From positions 1 to 61,672 of the IMG/VR virus record IMGVR_UViG_3300016667_000429: a DNA stretch of 61,672 bases, one strand, 5' to 3'. This document shows, piece after piece, positions 57,971 to 61,672 of the stretch (position 1 is the stretch's first letter; the number at the start of each line of letters is the position of its first letter). The DNA is from a virus. Under the pieces are notes generated by a model. It saw only the letters and a program-made list of their open reading frames with translations, was not told where the DNA came from and did not search any database. The translations under genes and the position numbers were made by a program.

Positions 57971-59278
57971 GTGCGCGGGACAGTTAACGGGTACTCGATC
58001 AACGGCGCTGCGCTGCCCAATTGGGTGGTGCGCGCCGTGGTCGTGGCCGCCGCTGCTGCGACCGTTGCCAACGTCAATCAGACGCGCATCACCTTTGGGT
58101 CGGCACTGGCCGATGCCGGTGTTGTCGTCACGCTGACGCAGACGCAAACCATACAGGCGCGTTCCAACGCGACTGCAACTGCCAGCTCGTCACTTAGCCC
58201 GACGCTCCTGTTTGCTGGCAGATCCACCGCCTTTGCGGAAGCCACCGGCAACGGCGCGGTTATCCGCGATGTCTTTGCCTCTGCGGGCGGCGATGCCACC
58301 TGTACCGCCGAAGCCCTGACGGCGCAGGCCATTGGCGCAGCCACGGCCACGATGGAATCGTCCGTCGTTCTGGCCAAGCCGCATTTGATTCGCCCAGGCG
58401 CAAGCCTGCGCTACGGCGAGCTGTCCTCCAGCGTGACCGGAAACGTCACGCGCTACACCCTCATCCCGACCACCAATTTTGGAGAGGCAAGCGGCAGGGG
58501 CGAGGCCAGCCACAAGATTTACCCGAACAACTACTTCCGGCACGACGGCTACGTGCTGCGGGCGATGGCCGGAGCCAGCAGCCAGATTTTGCAGGATCGA
58601 ATCGTCACCATTTCGACCATCGGTTCGTTCCAGTTTGCCGAGTGCGATGGAACCTCGCGCTCGTTCATCCGGTATTCCGCACGCTCGCTGGCTACCGGCA
58701 TTACTACCCGACTGCAAGCCAGCGCCATTCACATCCAGCGCGGCAGAGTCAACGCGCTCGCGCAAGCCAACATTACAGCCAATGCGCTGCGCACGCGACA
58801 GGGAGCGGCAGTCGCCTTTGCCGATGTCGCGCCCAATGCGCCGCGCGCGCGAATCCTGCAAGCATCCAGAGCGTCGGCCAGCGCCGCAGCCGTCGTATCG
58901 GTGACGCAACGCAGGACGGCTTTTGCCGCCGCTGTTAGCGCCGCCCAATCCGCTGTGCCGTTTGCAATTCTTTACGGCACGCAGCATCGAACTACCGTCA
59001 ACGCCCTTGCTGAAACGACCGGAATCGGACTAGCTTTTCAGCGGTTTGCCGGCACATCGCTCTCGGCCATAGCCGAGCTGCAAGCGCGCTCGGTCGATGG
59101 CTACAGGGTTGCAGCCGGCAGCGTCAGCACGACCATGGCCAGCGCCACCGTGGGTCGTGCGTTTGGCTTGACGAACTCGGAAGTGCTGGCACCTGATGAT
59201 CGCTACATGCGTGTATCGGCAGAAGAAAGAGCAATGGCGGTAGCGATCGAAGAACGAACCATGATGGTGACAGCATGA
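57971..59278 (+). CDS. Ala-rich virion structural protein
   Basis: GTG start. 435 aa. Confidence 0.55.
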   Translation: MRGTVNGYSINGAALPNWVVRAVVVAAAAATVANVNQTRITFGSALADAGVVVTLTQTQTIQARSNATATASSSLSPTLLFAGRSTAFAEATGNGAVIRDVFASAGGDATCTAEALTAQAIGAATATMESSVVLAKPHLIRPGASLRYGELSSSVTGNVTRYTLIPTTNFGEASGRGEASHKIYPNNYFRHDGYVLRAMAGASSQILQDRIVTISTIGSFQFAECDGTSRSFIRYSARSLATGITTRLQASAIHIQRGRVNALAQANITANALRTRQGAAVAFADVAPNAPRARILQASRASASAAAVVSVTQRRTAFAAAVSAAQSAVPFAILYGTQHRTTVNALAETTGIGLAFQRFAGTSLSAIAELQARSVDGYRVAAGSVSTTMASATVGRAFGLTNSEVLAPDDRYMRVSAEERAMAVAIEERTMMVTA

Positions 59279-59553
59279 ACCTTGGAAACTTTACCAAACA
59301 GCCGGTCGAGGTCATTGACTACGACATTGATTACAGCGAATGGCTGACTCCCGGCGACAACGTGGAATCCGCTGCCGTCACTGTAGAACCTGCCGGCCTG
59401 ACGATCGAATCGACATTCATCAACGATCCGCGCGTCAAGATTTGGGTATCGGGCGGCAGCAACGGCACGCAGTACAAACTCACCATCACGACCACCACCG
59501 CCGATGGCCGCGTCAAACAAGATGAATTCAAGATTCGCGTGAAGGATGTATAA
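59275..59553 (+). CDS. small Ig-like virion protein (fibre adaptor candidate)
   Basis: ATGA-coupled. FTKQPVEVIDYDIDYSEWL...VWVSGGSNGTQYKLTITTTTADGR pattern. Confidence 0.5.
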   Translation: MNLGNFTKQPVEVIDYDIDYSEWLTPGDNVESAAVTVEPAGLTIESTFINDPRVKIWVSGGSNGTQYKLTITTTTADGRVKQDEFKIRVKDV

Positions 59554-59555
59554 CC

Positions 59556-60971
59556 ATGCCACAACTATTCGCCAACAACGCCTACAGCTCGCTTTCCACG
59601 TCCTTGGGCGCGAGCGGAACCAGCCTGACGCTGGCCACTGGCACGGGTTCGCGCTTTCCTTCGCCCACAGGCGGCGATTACTTTCTTCTGACGCTGATCG
59701 GTCTTGATTCCAACGGTAACGAAAACTCGTGGGAAATCGTCAAGGTCACTGGCCGCGCGTCCGATGTTCTGACCATCGTTCGCGCTCAAGAAAGCACGAC
59801 GGCAGTGGCGTGGGCGTCGGGTACGCGCGCGGAGCTGCGCAGCACAGCCGGCACGTTCAGCGGGTTGCAGCCACTAGATGACGATCTGACTGCACTGGCC
59901 GCACTTTCCACCACTGGAATACTAAGAAGAACCGGCGCAAACACGTTTGCCGCAGGGAACATCACCCTCAGCGGCGATGTCACGGGAACCGGAACTACGC
60001 CACTTGTTACGACCTTGGCCAATAGCGGCGTCACCGCTGGCACGTACACGAAGGTCACGGTGGACGCCAAAGGGCGCGTCACCACGGGCGCTTCGCTGGC
60101 ATCAAGCGATGTCACCACCGCGCTGACCTTTACGCCGGAGAACGTCGCCAACAAGAACGCAGCCAACGGCTACGCCGGCCTCGATTCGAGCGGCCTGATC
60201 CCGTCCTCGCTGCTGCCGTCCTATGTGGACGACGTTCTGGAATACAGCAATCTGGCCGGCTTCCCAGGCACCGGAACCACCGGCAAGATCTATGTGGCAC
60301 TCGACACCGGCAAAATCTATCGCTGGAGCGGCTCGGCCTACATCGAGATTAGCGCCTCGCCGGGATCGACCGATTCCGTAACCGAAGGCTCGGTCAACCT
60401 GTATTTCACGACGGCGCGCGCCCGTTCTTCGATTACCGTCACGCAAAACCTGACCTACAACAGCACGACCGGCGTTATTACGGGGCCGGATCTAACCGGC
60501 TATATGCCCCTGGCCGGCGGCACGATGACGGGCGCGATTACGTTTGCCGCAGGGCAGACGTTCCCTGGCACGGGCGATGTGACCACGACCGGCACGCAGA
60601 CGCTGACGAACAAGACGCTGACCAGCCCGACCATCAATACGCCGACAATTGCAGGCGCAACCTTCAACGACGGGTATACCGAGGAAATCTTCGCCGTCAC
60701 AGGTACGACTCCCGCGCTATCGGCCAATAACGGCAGCATCCAGACATGGACGCTGACAGCCAACTCTAGCCCGACTGACTCGCTCTCCAACGGTCAGAGC
60801 ATCCTGCTTGGCGTGACCGCAGGTTCCTTCACGATCACGTGGCCGACAACGACATGGAGCAAGGTGGGTGGTAGCGGTGCAGCTCCGACGCTGACCTCGA
60901 CGGGTGTGAACTGGATCGTGCTGTGGAAGGTGGGCGGCACGCTGCGTGCGGCATTTTTGGGGACTGCGTAA
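59556..60971 (+). CDS. tail fibre protein
   Basis: N-terminal LFANNAYSSLSTSLGASGTSLTLATGTGSRFP...WEIVKVTGR pattern typical of fibre N-termini. Thr/Gly-rich repeats. Confidence 0.7.
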   Translation: MPQLFANNAYSSLSTSLGASGTSLTLATGTGSRFPSPTGGDYFLLTLIGLDSNGNENSWEIVKVTGRASDVLTIVRAQESTTAVAWASGTRAELRSTAGTFSGLQPLDDDLTALAALSTTGILRRTGANTFAAGNITLSGDVTGTGTTPLVTTLANSGVTAGTYTKVTVDAKGRVTTGASLASSDVTTALTFTPENVANKNAANGYAGLDSSGLIPSSLLPSYVDDVLEYSNLAGFPGTGTTGKIYVALDTGKIYRWSGSAYIEISASPGSTDSVTEGSVNLYFTTARARSSITVTQNLTYNSTTGVITGPDLTGYMPLAGGTMTGAITFAAGQTFPGTGDVTTTGTQTLTNKTLTSPTINTPTIAGATFNDGYTEEIFAVTGTTPALSANNGSIQTWTLTANSSPTDSLSNGQSILLGVTAGSFTITWPTTTWSKVGGSGAAPTLTSTGVNWIVLWKVGGTLRAAFLGTA

Positions 60972-61672
60972 TGCTGAAGAACAAGATACTTTCCGCGAGC
61001 GGGCAGGGCGTTGATCCGGTGTACGTCGATGACGTTTTCGTCAGCTATTTAAGGACAGGCACAGGCTCCGCAACAACCGTCCCAACTGGTCTAGATCTAT
61101 CCACAAAAGGCGGGTTGGTCTTTTCCAAGAGCCGCTCTGCCGCGACGAATTGGGCGTGGTACGACACTGCGCGAGGCGCGACATTCGATCTTGCAAGTAA
61201 CACCACTGCGGCGCAGACAACGCAATCGACTGGCCTGACTGCATTTGGCACTACAGGACATTCGTGGGGATCGCTAGCAAAGGTAAATACCAGCGGCGCG
61301 ACTTATGTCGATTACGTTTTTCGTAAAGCGGAAAAGTTTTGTGATGTGGTGACGTATACGGGGAATGGCTCTAACTCGATTGTCGTTAATCATGGCTTAC
61401 GCAGCACAGTAGGTTTTTTGTTGCTAAAGAAATTAGATGACGCAAGTAATTGGGCTGCATTTGCAAGAAAGAGTGACGGAACGTATTTCCTGTTCAATAC
61501 GGCAACTGCAAGTTTTAATCTAAGCGGAGCAGCCGCAAGTAGTGCTGATTTATCTTCTCTTGGGTATTTAACTTCAACCACATTCAAACCATATGATTTG
61601 AGCAGTTCGCATACTGGTGGGGAAAACGACTTTAACGCAAACGGCTCTACCTACGTCGCCTACCTATTCGCC
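60971..61672 (+). CDS. tail fibre / receptor-binding protein, N-terminal part (continues at position 2 across the junction)
   Basis: The ATG overlaps the upstream TAA (TAATG). The frame stays open to the window end (234 codons). Not listed in the ORF track because it has no stop inside the window. Confidence 0.75.
   Translation, partial: MLKNKILSASGQGVDPVYVDDVFVSYLRTGTGSATTVPTGLDLSTKGGLVFSKSRSAATNWAWYDTARGATFDLASNTTAAQTTQSTGLTAFGTTGHSWGSLAKVNTSGATYVDYVFRKAEKFCDVVTYTGNGSNSIVVNHGLRSTVGFLLLKKLDDASNWAAFARKSDGTYFLFNTATASFNLSGAAASSADLSSLGYLTSTTFKPYDLSSSHTGGENDFNANGSTYVAYLFA

Noticed and set aside
1-61672. Search for tRNA genes, integrase/recombinase, partition genes and reverse transcriptase (DGR/retron)
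   Set aside because: None was recognised by eye in any frame. Absence is not proven without tRNAscan-SE or HMM scans.

Overview
The window is a complete, circularly closed phage genome of about 61.65 kb unique sequence. Bases 1..22 are identical to 61651..61672, and one gene reads in frame across that junction. The genome is GC-rich and there are no rRNA or CRISPR features, and I recognised no tRNA by eye.

It has four transcription blocks:
(1) A long rightward block runs from 43271 across the junction to 22125. It holds a VRR-NUC nuclease, a wHTH protein, the lysis cassette (GH19 endolysin, embedded Rz/Rz1-type spanins), terS/terL, portal, scaffold, capsid, neck, tail fibres, internal virion proteins and a 4199-aa polyvalent protein.
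(2) A leftward early block runs 29235->22122. It holds a Sak4-like ATPase, a DUF669-like SSB, a Cas4-like exonuclease, MazG and an SF2 helicase.
(3) A CI(S24)/Cro-type switch sits at 29.3-30.1 kb. It is followed by a short rightward block ending in a primase-polymerase/DUF3987-type replication protein.
(4) A 9-kb leftward block runs 42672->33572. It contains about 35 small genes, most chained by ATGA start/stop overlaps.

From memory, the size, GC content and the giant multidomain virion protein resemble Bcep22-like podophages of Burkholderia-type hosts. That is inference; no database search was possible, and all family names come from motif recall.

Most interesting observations:
- Two covarying copies of a complete type II hammerhead ribozyme motif lie in the only two sizeable intercistronic spacers of the 9-kb early-left operon (40003..40056 and 42237..42288, minus strand).
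- A +1-frame nested ORF (14450..14848) with a canonical SD and genome-typical codon bias lies inside an atypically coded low-complexity linker of the giant gene.
- A two-domain beta-clamp homologue occurs in a phage with no recognisable polymerase.
- A small Cys-rich protein ends in an SSB-like DWDEIPF tail.
- An AT-rich GAGAAT-iteron island lies between the divergent blocks.
- A triad of 16-bp operator-like sites lies around the repressor gene, with no integrase recognised anywhere.
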